The notes below the pieces were generated by a model. That model was not told the origin of the DNA. It did no database searches and saw only the letters and a program-made list of their open reading frames with translations. Source: Heptranchias perlo (Eukaryota). From it: DNA of 64,000 nucleotides. Both the position numbers and the translations under genes were made by a program. Below, piece after piece: positions 51,172-62,509 of the stretch. The stretch's first letter is position 1. Each line of letters starts with the position of its first letter. Location of the stretch: assembly GCF_035084215.1 (NCBI RefSeq), contig NC_090340.1:18972001-19036000 (forward strand), in the 5' to 3' direction.

Positions 51172-52679
51172 TTTTCAAATAAAATTGTTGGACTATAACT
51201 TGGTGTTGTAAGATTGTTTACACTTGTCCTTCTAGGTGGTAGAGGTCCCGGGTTTGGGAGGTGCTGTCGAAGAGTTAGGAAGATATTGGGGCAATGGCTA
51301 GAAGAAAAAGGTTTTAAATTACCTTCTCCATCCTCTCCTATTATAGCCATGCCCTCTTCACTACACAAACTTGCCCTTCTCTGTGAGAGACCTGCACTCC
51401 CTCCCACTGCTCCTGTCAGCTCCTGGTAAAAATTTGTCGGTCATTGAAAATTAAACAATTTCTTCTTCAATTTCTAAAACACACCGACAGCAGGTTTCCG
51501 CCCCCCCCCCCAAAAATGTAAAACTATTGCTTCCTTAAAGAGGTCCTAATTTCATGAGAAGACATTTGGTAAGATATGTCTTTGTTTGCAAATACGAAGC
51601 AGCGTCACGAATCACATTAAAGTACATGTCTGATCATATCGTCGCAGCAGAAATTATGCTTTGCTCTTTTGGGTCTTCTCTCCCCAATAAAAATAGGTTT
51701 GCTAAATACTATCTCATGAAGACCTTTAAAGCGAAGGCTAATGTAACCTACGTGGCTTTGATTTAAGGTTACTGTTAGAGCTGTGGTACTTTTTGTTAAG
51801 AAACAACGCACAGGTTGTATCTTAAATGCCCCTCTCCACCGCCGTTCATGCTGAAAGTGTGAGCGGGTGAAACTGTCCGCTTGAACTGACCCTGGTGAAT
51901 TTTCAAAAGTCCGTCTCATTTAAATACCTCCAGCGGACTCCTGGCCGGGGAGCTCTCCCCGGGGTGGGGTGGGTGGGAAGTGGTTGTTGCTGCAGGATTC
52001 TAATGCTTAAAGGCACAATCGCAGAAGTTTCCCCCTAGCTGGTGCGACTCAGAGAGGGAAATGCCCCTCTGAGGGACATTATAGAATCATACGGCACAGG
52101 AGGAGGCCATTCGGCCCATCGAGGCTCTGTGAAGGAACTATTCCATTAGTCGCACTCCCTCGCTCATTCCCCATAGCCCTGATTTTTTCCCCCCCTTTTC
52201 AAGTATATCTCCAATTCCCTTTTGAACGTTTCTGTTTTACCCCCTTTCAGGCAGTGCATTCAGATGGGAGGTACCTCTTCATTCAAGTCCCTGCGATGAC
52301 CATTGAACCTGCCCTCCTTGTTCCTCGTTACCGAGTAAGGCTGGGCGCCAGTTGAACGCTGGTCTGAGTCCTGTCTAGTGTTACTGAGGCGGGAATGACC
52401 CAAAATATCACCTTTTGATTCCACTCCTCAGTTAAATATCCCCGCACCTCCTTGGGTGGGCGCTCCTGGCGGGCGGCAGAACTGATGCCGGAAAACCCAG
52501 AACGGATCGGAATATTTCCGCTCAGACATCACCGGCAAAACAGCGGCATATCGGGAGAAATTTCCGCCCGCCGTGTCTTCTAGGAAAATCCAATGTGATA
52601 TAAATTCACTGTCAAACATCTTGTGCACATCAGACTAAATGTACACGTCTAGAGTTTGCGAATAATCTGTTAAAATTAC

Positions 52680-52985
52680 CTTCAGCACTGGAGGTGTAGG
52701 TGTAAAAGGCTTGAACTCGGCTGTTGGGATGGGAGACCCGACAGGTATAAACTGTCCCATTCTGAGCAGGCTGCGATTCCTCCAGATAGCCGGACACTTG
52801 GAAGAGCCCCCCTGGCCGTGGCTGTATATCTTTGCGGATCCCAGTTACAATTTCTGCACCGTTCACAAGCCAGTCGATGCTCAGCTCCTTGGAGTGAAAG
52901 CCGCCGGCTTTACAGGCAAGTCTGAGGAAAAGGGATGACTCTTTCCAAAACAGGGTGGGGACAATCTGAGGAGGATCAGGGGGAG
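52680..52985 (-). CDS. IgSF receptor C1-set domain exon
   Basis: Phase 1/1, 306 nt; L.C.A.GFH...I.W..NG...G.FQVSGYL...YTCRVSH is the C1-set signature. Confidence 0.92.
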
Positions 52986-53964
52986 CTTTAGGACATAACA
53001 GAAAGATCATGTTATTCTGATAATCGGCTTTGAATGAAAATTAATCTGATGTTATTCTTTTCCAGTTTTAATAATTTTCTCGATCCCATTTTACATTGAA
53101 ATGTTTGGCCATTTTCGCCCGACCCTAGTTTACATTGTAATATTGTTAATTACTTGTGAAGGGGGGGATCGGCGATCTCTGACATTCTACCCCCTTTAGA
53201 AACTCGGACAGAGGAAGATCCCGGCACTGCTGGGGTCAGTCACTGCTTCACAACCCCGAGAATCCCAACACTGACCGGTCCAGAATCAATATGCGACTCT
53301 TATTCGTGCAGCGTTCATTCTCGCGTGTAGTTGTCGCTATTTTTTTCTGTGCGTTAGTTTTACCGAAATCGTTATATCTCCGACCGATGAAATGTACAAA
53401 AGGCCGCTTGTTGTGCGCCTTCTGTTTTTGATTGAGATAAACAGCCCGAGAAGATATTTAATTTATCTACTCAGACACTGTATGAACTAGCCCGCTGAAA
53501 GCAGAACTTCGGTTCACAGTGTAAGCATGAACACCGGTTACACTCCGGTTCCAAATGAAGTGAAAGGTCGGTTTCATACACACACACACACACATATAAT
53601 GAATAAATGCAGATCCATTGAGAATTATTTGGATTAATTCACTAATTCGAGTCTCTCAATCACACCGAGTCCCCAGACTTGGTTATAAGTCAATTCAATA
53701 ATATTGATTAATATATTGCTGGTTGCCGTGCTCTTGGACCGGGGAGGTTTCCCGGACGCCCGGTTCCAGCAGAGATAGGGAGCAGCACCTCACCCCTCTT
53801 CAGCCGCTACCCTTCCCTTTTCTGGGCGCACCCATTCTGATATTGAAGGGCAGTCGGACTGAGTGAACTTAACCTCCCGCCGGGAAAGATATTTAACTCT
53901 GAATAACACGGGAGCGCATATCCGGTATATTAATGTCGCTGTTTTTATATAAACTCCACTCTCA

Positions 53965-54985
53965 TCGAATCTACAGCACAGAAACAGGCCATTCGGCCCA
54001 ACTAGTCTGTGCGTGCGTTTATGCTCCACAGGAACCTACTCCCTCCTCACCTCATCTGCCCCTATCAGGATACCCTTCTATTCCTTCCTCCCTCCTGTGC
54101 TTATCTAGCTTCCTCTTAATGCATCTATGTTATTTGCCTCCTTGTGGTAGTGCATTCCACATTCTTTGCGTAAAGAAGTTTCTCCTGAATTCCTTGTTGG
54201 ATTTATTAGTGATTATTTTATATTTATGGCCTCTAGTTTTGGATTCCCCCACAAGTGGAAACATTTTCTCTAAGTCTACCCTATCAAACCTTTTCATTAT
54301 CTTAAAAACCTCTATCAGCTCACCCCTCAGCCTTCTCTTTTCTAGAGAAAAGAGTCCCAGCCTGTTCAGCCTTTCCTGATAAGTATATCCTCTCAGTTCT
54401 AATATCATGCCTGTGAATCTTTTTTTGCACCTACTCCAGTGCCTCTATATCCTTTTTTATTATATAGAGACTAGAACTGTTCACAGCACTCTAAGTGTGG
54501 TCTATTCAAGTTTAACATAACTTCTCTGCTTTTCAATTCTATCCCTCTAGAAATGAACCTCGGTGCTTGATTTGCGTTTTTTATGGCCTTATTAATCTGC
54601 GTCGCTACTTTTAGTGATTTGTGTATCTGTACCCTGAGATCCCTTTGCTCCTCTATCCCGTTTAGACTCTTATTATCCAAGCAGTATGTGGCCGCCTTAT
54701 TCTTCCTACCAAAATGCACCACGTCACACTTATTTATATTGAAATTAATTTGCTAATTACATGCCCATTCTGCAAGTTTATTAATGTCTTCTTGCATTTT
54801 GACACAATCTTCCTTTGTATTAACTACACCCCCACCCCAATTTGGGATCATCCACAAATTTTGAAATTGTACTTATGATTCCAGAGTCCAAATCATTAAT
54901 GTAAATTGTGAACAACAGTGCTCCCAGCACCGATCCCTGTGGAACACCACTTCCCACCATTTGCCAGTCTGAGTAGCTACACTTA
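53965..54985 (-). mobile_element. CR1 3' portion
   Basis: ORFs 54130-54408 and 54471-54722 are CR1 ORF2-like. Confidence 0.85.
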
Positions 54986-54998
54986 CCCCTCTTGGGTC

Positions 54999-55178
54999 GA
55001 AACAGTGACAGGGTTCAGTACCCAGGAGGGGTTAGAAGGGAGTTTATATAGAAACAGTGACAGGGTTCAGTACCCAGGAGGGGTTAGAGGGGAATTTATA
55101 TAGAAACAGTGACATGGTTCAGTACCCAGGAGGGGGTAGAGGGGAATTTATATAGAAACAGCAACAGGGTTTCGTACA
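54999..55178. repeat. 52-bp tandem repeat, about 3.5 copies
   Basis: gaaacagtgacagggttcagtacccaggaggggttagaggggaatttatata starting at 54999, 55051, 55103, 55155. Confidence 0.9.
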
Positions 55179-55649
55179 TAATCTCACCTCTGAGGTACTA
55201 AGCTATTTTTATAGAGTGGGTTTGTTAGGCCGAATAGACTCTTTGTTTCTATGTTTAGTTATCTTTTTATATTGCCCTTTTCAGGCTATGTATTATTTCA
55301 TATACAAGTCCCTGTCAGGTGTCGCTAAACACTGGCACTAGGTCCTTTCTGTTTGTGGGTACACTTTGTAAGTGCTCCAATGTAGGGGGTCTAATAAATG
55401 GTTAATAACTCAATTGTTGTAACTGGTTTCCTGTTTTACTCATTCACTATCGGTTGTTGAGGTAGAACATGTTGATTGGGTCGGATGTGGCACCAGTAAC
55501 AGGCATTCCACGTCTACTGTCAGAGCAATAGACACAGCGCCTACAGCAGTGAATGAATCTTGAAATAACACCGTGGGGTGCCAGTCAATAAATTCTTAAC
55601 GTGTTCATCTGAAATTCCTTCCTCTATTATTTTAGCAGGTTTCCCACTA

Positions 55650-56865
55650 TTTAGTCAAGTTCTCTGATATTCTAAGCTCTTTCTTGACCCCCTCCATCCT
55701 CTCCAACTACCATCCATCTCTAACCTTCCTTTTCTCTGAGACGCATCGTTGCCAAACAATTACATTCCCATCTGTCCTATCATTCCCCGCCCGTGACCCC
55801 TCAATGAGCTCCTGCAGCATAAAATCACGCTGGTCGAAGTAACGAATAACGTTGTACGTAACGGAGACCACGGTTGGCTGTCCCGTAACCTCTCCACTGC
55901 CATCCCCCTCTAACAGCTCCCTCACACTGTGTATATCCATGGTATTGCTCTCTCAGGGTCCCAATCCTACTTATCATTTCATAGAAATTATACTGTCACC
56001 AGCTGCTTCTTTTCACATGTCTGCTCTATCCCTGTACTCGATGCGTGGCTTCTTTCCATTCATTTATATGCTATTCCTTTGCAAAATCATCTGGAGGCGT
56101 GGGGGCATGTGCACTGATGATACTCCGTTCTGACTCTCGACCTCCTCCCTTGACCCCCAAGGCCGTCACCACCTCTCCATCTGCTTTTCATATTAAGATA
56201 TGGATCTGCCAAAACTGCCTCTGGTCAGTAGAATTGAAGCTATCTTCAGTTCTTACAAACCCCTACACACCACCAACCTGTCCAGCGGCCTCCTCGGGTC
56301 AAGCCTAGAAATGTGGAGCCTTCGTGTACTGCTCGATTCCAAGCTCAATTTTCTACCCAACATCCGATCAAGACCATTATAGCTCTAACACCGCAAGCCT
56401 CTGTCTTCGCCTCTCCCCCTCTGCTGCCAAAGCATCGTTAACATCACCACCTCTCCAATCAACTAAAACTCGTCCAAAACAGTCCTCATCTTTACACCCA
56501 TCACCCAGTCTATGTCAAGGTCTATTGGCTCTCCATACTCCAGCCAATTGACTTTAATATCTTCATCCTTGCCTTCAAATCCCTTAGTTGCCTCCCCATT
56601 TCGGTGATGTCCAGCCGGCCGTACGTTCCTACATACACCCCAGCCCCCCACTCGTCCAGCACCGTCCCTGTTGTTCGATGCCCCGTCGGTGGTCACCCTT
56701 TCAGCCCCCTGGAACACCCTCTCCGACACACACCATTTTTTCAATTCTTTTTTTCCTGCTTCCCCCCTCCTGCTCACAATCTACTCCCAGTCCAGTGTCC
56801 CGTAAAGCGCTCTGAGACGATTCTCTGCATGTGGGGAGCGGTACATAAATGCAAGTTATTATTGC
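55650..56865 (+). mobile_element. Old degenerate L2 remnant
   Basis: Pyrimidine-rich L2-like text ending in ataaatgcaagttatt. Confidence 0.55.
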
Positions 56866-58604
56866 TAAAATAGCACAAGGAATGCGAGAATCTGAGAAAT
56901 TCTGAGTACACTGGTATCCCATAATAATTTCAACAGCCCGAATGCGCCTGTTATATGGGATAATGTTAGTAGGTTAAAATACGATTTACAAATGGGTTCG
57001 TACCAGTAACCCAACAGTTGAAACCGTACATTCCAGTATTATTCACCAATCTGTCCGCTATTTTAGCAGCAAAGCCCTTGCTGACTGATGCTGTTCGATT
57101 TGAAACCCTCAGCGACCCTTCTTTCTAAAGGGCGCAAGTCTCAGATCTCAGGAGCGTGGGCCGCCGATCGCCACTTGAAGTAATTTAGTTGTTGAAGAAA
57201 TTTTACATCAACAATGTGTTTTTCAAAATCGAAAATGTCATGAATAACTTCAATGTAGCGTGAAACTGACGAGTTTCTGGTCTTCCTGCGAAATGTAAAA
57301 CACAACCCAGCGAGTAATAGACCCTGCTCTGTTTCACGGTTTAATGTCCTGACACTGTACAGGCCTCTCCTGCACGGCTCGGTTGAGAAGTTGTACTTAC
57401 ACAAGGAGAGGCAAGAAATCCCGAGAGAAGTGGAGGCAGTGAGTTGTGCATAGGGAGCAGTCGAAGAAATGAAGAATGCAGCTCAAATGTCCAAATAAAC
57501 AGACACACGAAGCCACGTGAAAGATCGATTCACAGTCTCACCCCCTTATACCAGTGATCATGTTTAAAATATCTGAAGAATAAATCATTTCCCTCTGGGA
57601 GGTGGCGCGCAATATAGGTTATTCTGAACATTAGATTTCACCACGTGGAACTTCGGATTGAGACTGTAATTGTTGGAACCTCTCCTGTAGATAAGGGTTG
57701 CATCGCTCCTTTCAATGAGATCGGAATTATTTCTTCTTGTATCTAATATTCTGGGAATGTTTCCGATTATTTTGACATTAAATCCAGTTCAAAATTAGGA
57801 GCAACGCTTGTCAGATTATGGGAGCGAAAAGCGGAGGTAAACCTCACTTGTATAAAATGAACAAGTTAATACCTCCGTTAAAATAACCAATAGAGGAATT
57901 TGATATATTACAATATTACAAATTAAAATAAACGGGTTAACTTGATAAATCCGCCAACTGTTGGGATATTATAGCATAAAATAAACGGGTTAATACCTCT
58001 GTAAAACAAACAGGAATTTAATACAAAATGTCAAATGTTGGGACATTGAGTATAAAACAACGGGTTAATCCACCCGTTAAATAACCGATAGAGCAATTTT
58101 GATACATACCATAATATTCCACTATGTAATTTCCAGGCTAAAGTTTTTTTTAAAAACCTCTCAACACACACCTTTGCAGATTTATTCACTTTTCATTTGC
58201 TGATTGTATGAATTTTGGAAATACTTTGATTTGGGGCTTTTATTCGTTTTGTTCAGTTAAACATCTTCCTTGTATTTTTGGTGGGGAGCTGGAGCGGAGA
58301 GGGGATAAACCTTGCCGATCACATCAGACACACCGCGTGTCTCCGGGTGAGGCGACCTAATATTGAATAAAAAATCAGGGAATTGAGGGGGGGGGGCTGG
58401 GAAATCAGTTATTGCTCAGATAAAAATAATTAAAAATTGACTGGCAATATTTTAAAATCGGTGAATTTATCGAAGAAAGTGGGTAAGAATTCAACTTGAA
58501 GGGAAGGACTGTGGGTCGCTCCCATTACACGGGATAGTTCACCTGGGTTAAAAGGGACCAGATTCTACCTAGACTAGAAAACTAGCAAACTAGAAAAGTC
58601 CAGT

Positions 58605-59000
58605 CTCCGCTGTGGGTAAAGCAGTCAGTGGGGTTTTACTGGAGGCCCTTTGGTCCGCCCGAAACCTGCTGGTCTTCCAGCTGAAGGAACTGTCCATGAC
58701 CGAGTGTTGCCGACTGGCAGGCTCCAAGGTCCAGGAGTACGTGCTGCGGGACGCAGTGAGGCGAGCTGCGACCTACCGCAAAGACTCTATGGGGAAAGGC
58801 CACCGTGTAAGGCCCCCCCATCTTGTATTGTACACCATGAGTTTTGAGAAATATCGTGTTTGAATTATAATAATGAGATGGCTTTGTGTATGATCTGTAG
58901 TGTTTTTGGTTTGAATTGTACTGGTATGGACTTGTGATATTTACATTGAACTGTGTGTATCTTTAAATTCGATAAAATAAAGTATATTTTGAATTTTTTT
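58605..59000 (+). mobile_element. Tx1/L1-clade LINE 3' end
   Basis: EALWSARNLLVFQ..ELS.TECCRLA.SKVQEYVLRDA C-terminus, followed by a T-rich 3' UTR and AATAAA. Confidence 0.7.
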
Positions 59001-59377
59001 TTTACTGGGAACTACACTGCCATGTGGGGCCAGGGATTTTATAGGCATGCGACCCGCCATCGGGTCATTGCCCACAGGGAAATCCTTCAGCTCTCTGCGG
59101 CGCTGGTGCTGCACCGAGAGCTCAGTTCGATACAATTCAGGGTTTCTTGTTTTACTACAGAGGGGCACTGGCCTGACTCTGCAAGTGGCTTAAAATCTCC
59201 TTTTGCAGAGACTTTTTTGTAGCCCTGTTTGTAGGAGAAGCCTGAAATTTATGGTGCAATGGATTGTGGAAGAACCCAGTTACTGTCTGTAACTTTTCCC
59301 TCTTTAAACTCTCACCAATACTTATTGAGTATAATGATCCCAGTCTCAATAACAGAAATGACCGAATCCCAGATCTG

Positions 59378-60140
59378 TGTCTGGATTTACTGGATCACGG
59401 GTCTGTCAGTCTGGGCTCACTGGATCGCAGGTCTGTCAGTCTGGGCTCACTGGATCGCAGGTCTGTCAGTCTGGGCTCACTGGATCCTGGGTCTGCCAGT
59501 CTGGGCTCACTGGATCCCGGGTCTGCCAGTCTGGGCTCACTGGATCGCGGGTCTGCCAGTCTGGGCTCACTGGATCGCGGGTCTGTCAGTCTGGGCTCAC
59601 TGGATCCCGGGTCTGCAATGTCTGGGCTCACTGGATCCCGGGTCTGTCAGTCTGGGCTCACTGGATCCCGGGTCAGTCAGCCTGGGCTCACTGGATCCCG
59701 GGTCAGTCAGCCTGGGCTCACTGGATCGCGGGTCTGTCAGCCTGGGCTCACTGGATCGCGGGTCTGTCAGCCTGGGCTCACTGGATCGCGGGTCTGTCAG
59801 CCTGGGCTCACTGGATCGCGGGTCTGTCAGCCTGGGCTCACTGGATCGCGGGTCTGTCAGCCTGGGCTCACTGGATCGCGGGTCTGTCAGCCTGGGCTCA
59901 CTGGATCGCGGGTCTGTCAGTCTGGGCTCACTGGATCGCGGGTCTGTCAGTCTGGGCTCACTGGATCGCGGGTCTGTCAGTCTGGGCTCACTGGATCGCG
60001 GGTCTGTCAGTCTGGGCTCACTGGATCGCGGGTCTGTCAGTCTGGGCTCACTGGATCGCGGGTCTGTCAGTCTGGGCTCACTGGATCGCGGGTCTGTCAG
60101 TCTGGGCTCACTGAATCCCGGGTTTGTCAGTCTGGGCTCG
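59378..60140. repeat. 30-bp minisatellite, about 25 copies
   Basis: Unit gggtctgtcagtctgggctcactggatcgc; explains the repetitive ORFs in several frames. Confidence 0.97.
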
Positions 60141-60411
60141 CTGCCGTGGCACAAACCACACCTGGTCAGTTCGGTACATCCTGAGCAAGCCAGTGTCAGC
60201 ACTGGGCACTGATTTCAGTGTAAGCTTGGAACATTGCCGCTGCTGTAATTCATCTCCCTCTGACTTAACTTGTAATGTCGGTGATATCTGTGAATGTCTG
60301 AAGAACTGAACAGGATGTCCCTTCAGTGATGGCAAGAGCTGCAGCTATATTTCCAGGATTGCTCCCGCTACACGGGATATTTTCATTTGGGGATTTAAAT
60401 GTGACACTCAC

Positions 60412-60729
60412 CAGATACCAGAAGCCTTGTGCTGGTCCCATTCCCCGCTTTGCCGTCGTTGTTTACTCTGCAGTAATAGAGCCCGGCGTCCTGGACACCC
60501 ACATTCAGGAGGTGAAAGGCGGCGCTGACTTTATTCCGAATTTCAAACTGATACCTGCTGTCACTTTTTGTCTCTAGGAATCTCTGCTCACCATCTCTCC
60601 ACCAGCACACTTGGACTTTTTCTCTAGCTTGGGCAAGTGAGAAGGTGCAATAGAAGGTCGCATTGGCTCCGCTAGTGACGTTTAGGATTTCGGGGAACTG
60701 ACCGACATGGAGCTTGGGATTCCCGGTAA
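60412..60729 (-). CDS. IgSF receptor V-type domain exon (germline-joined VJ)
   Basis: Phase 1/1, 318 nt; VGQFP..LNV..G.NATFYC...W...D.GLYYC..., ending GNGTSTRLLVS in the same exon. Confidence 0.93.
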
Positions 60730-60731
60730 CT

Positions 60732-60800
60732 GTAGGGAAAGAAAGAACTTGCATTTATATAGCGCCTTTCACAGCCTCAGGATGCCCCAAAGCACTTCAG
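60732..60800 (-). mobile_element. SINE/L2 3' tail abutting the V-exon acceptor
   Basis: Minus strand aagtgctttggggcatcctgaggctgtgaaaggcgctatataaatgcaagttctttcttt, same tail as about 6500-6557. Confidence 0.8.
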
Positions 60801-60929
60801 ACCCAAATGTGAGCAGGGCACCATGGAGAGATAATTAGATAAACAAGTAAAAAGGAGAAAGCTTTAAGGGGAGGGGGGAAGAAACAAAGTAAAAGTCAAA
60901 CAAACAAACAAAAAATCAGGATTGGTTAA

Positions 60930-61260
60930 TCATAGTATCATAGGTATAGCACAGGAGACGGCCATTCGGCCCATTGTGCCTGTGCCGGCTCTTTTTGGAA
61001 AGAGCTACCCAATTAGTCCCATTCCCCCCCGCACTGTCCCTATAGCCCTGTAAATTTTTCCCTTCAAGTATTTATCCAATTCTCTTTTGAAAATTACTAT
61101 TGAATCTGCCTCTACCGCCCTTTCGGGCAGTGCATTCCAGATCATCACAACTCGCTGTGAAAAAAAATGTTTCCTCATGTCGCCTCTGGCTCTTTTTGCC
61201 AATCACCTTAAATCCGTGTCCTCTGGTTACCCACCCTTCTGCCACTGGATACAGTTTCTG
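60930..61260 (-). mobile_element. CR1 3' fragment
   Basis: Matches 22541-22850. Confidence 0.85.
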
Positions 61261-61332
61261 CTCATTTGTTCTTAATAATAGATATTTATTTAAAGAATAC
61301 GTTTTCCATTCTGGGGAGACGGGTTGACCCAC

Positions 61333-61387
61333 CTGTGGAGAGGATTCCCAGGCTCAGCACCAACTGCTGTGCGCTTCTGGTTAACAT
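61333..61387 (-). CDS. IgSF receptor leader (signal peptide) exon
   Basis: ATG at 61387; MLTRSAQQLVLSLGILST plus phase-1 donor CAG|GTGGGT, joining the V exon as ...ILSTVTG-NPKL. Confidence 0.8.
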
Positions 61388-61964
61388 GTCGAGCGGCGGC
61401 AGTTAGACGGGTCACTGAGCGCAGCTGGCGGTGGGGAGCAGATAAGCCGGAGCTCCCCGCCTGAAGCTGCGGTTTGCAGAAAGCGCCTGGCTTTCGTTCG
61501 TTGGTTGCCAGGGCTGCAGATGGAGCATCGGCCACACAAAAGAGTGCGCTGAGAAACTGCTAGATCTGCCCGAAAGATAAAAGCGGAAATATTATCAGAG
61601 GTTCATTCACCACCGCCCCCCACCTCCCCCCCTCACCCCTCCTCCCTCCCCCCCTCACCCCTCCTCCCTCCTGCCCGCCGTGTCAGCACAGCCGACTGCC
61701 AACACTCAGAATTAACCGCGACTTTCCGTGACGCCGGCTGCCCGGATCCCTCACCGTGTCCTGGGATAAGGCCACCTCCCCCTGGAGGAGATCTCACCCC
61801 CACCCCGAATCAGACCCGGAGATCCCGCCCCATTGAGTGAAACCCCGGGCTCTCCACAGTGCAGGGAGGGAGAGCAACGCCACCGAGCAACCCGGGAGCT
61901 TTCAACCTTTCTCACCCTGGGGGGGTTCACCCCGAGTCCATCAGTCCAGACCACCCCCCCCCCC

Positions 61965-62317
61965 TCGGCTCGGTGTCTGCCCCCCCCCCCCCCCGGCTCG
62001 GTGTCTGCCCCCCCCACCCCCGGCTCGGTGTCTGCCCCCCCCCCGGCTCGGTGTCTGCCCCCCCCCCCCGGCTCGGTGTCTGCCCCCCCCCCCGGCTCGG
62101 TGTCTGCCCCCCCCCCCGGCTCGGTGTCTGCCCCCCCCCGGCTCGGTGTCTGCCCCCCCCCGGCTCGGTGTCTGCCCCCCCCCCCGGCTCGGTGTCTGCC
62201 CCCCCCCCCGGCTCGGTGTCTGCCCCCCCCCCCCGGCTCGGTGTCTGCCCCCCCCCCCGGCTCGGTGTCTGCCCCCCCCCCGGCTCGGTGTCTGCCCCCC
62301 CCCCCGCTCGGTGTCTG
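61965..62317. repeat. GC-rich minisatellite GGCTCGGTGTCTG plus C-run, 15 copies
   Basis: Conserved 12-13-mer separated by variable poly-C tracts. Confidence 0.95.
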
Positions 62318-62509
62318 CGCCCCCCGCCCCCGCTTCATGCCTAGGTTCAGAAAAGTCCCAAAACATCTACAAAAGATCCCATCGCCCTTCTCCCCAAATC
62401 GTCGGATTGGAGCCGGCGGGTTTGATATTTTGGTTCCATGGTCGGTTCTCACAAAACAAATCGGCGCGAACCTCAACTCCACACCGGGGGTCACCCCAAC
62501 CCATCGGGC

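Larger units (their letters stand above)
49669..51222. mobile_element. Penelope-like retroelement with GIY-YIG endonuclease remnant, inverted arrangement, 12-bp TSD
   Basis: NVVYLIRCRKGCPGAWYIGET..TLRQRMNGHR (GIY-YIG); inverted arms about 49706-50324 / 50611-51222; CTTGTCCTTCTA at 49657-49668 and 51223-51234. Confidence 0.92.
49386..51272 (-). mobile_element. Second-family LINE 3' fragment split by the Penelope insertion
   Basis: 49386-49668 and 51223-51272 are contiguous parts of the reverse complement of about 29490-29807. Confidence 0.8.

Noticed and set aside
55439-55558. Possible alternative exon after the V exon (DSFTAVGAVSIALTV...*)
   Set aside because: Acceptor and phase are plausible, but there is no recognisable domain or other support
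59259-60212. Long repetitive ORFs (317, 306, 245, 201 aa)
   Set aside because: Products of a stop-free 30-bp minisatellite; no splice or homology support
52986-60411. Rearranging Ig/TCR locus (RSS, separate J segments)
   Set aside because: The V exon already contains its G strand and ends in a splice donor; I saw no heptamer-spacer-nonamer at its end
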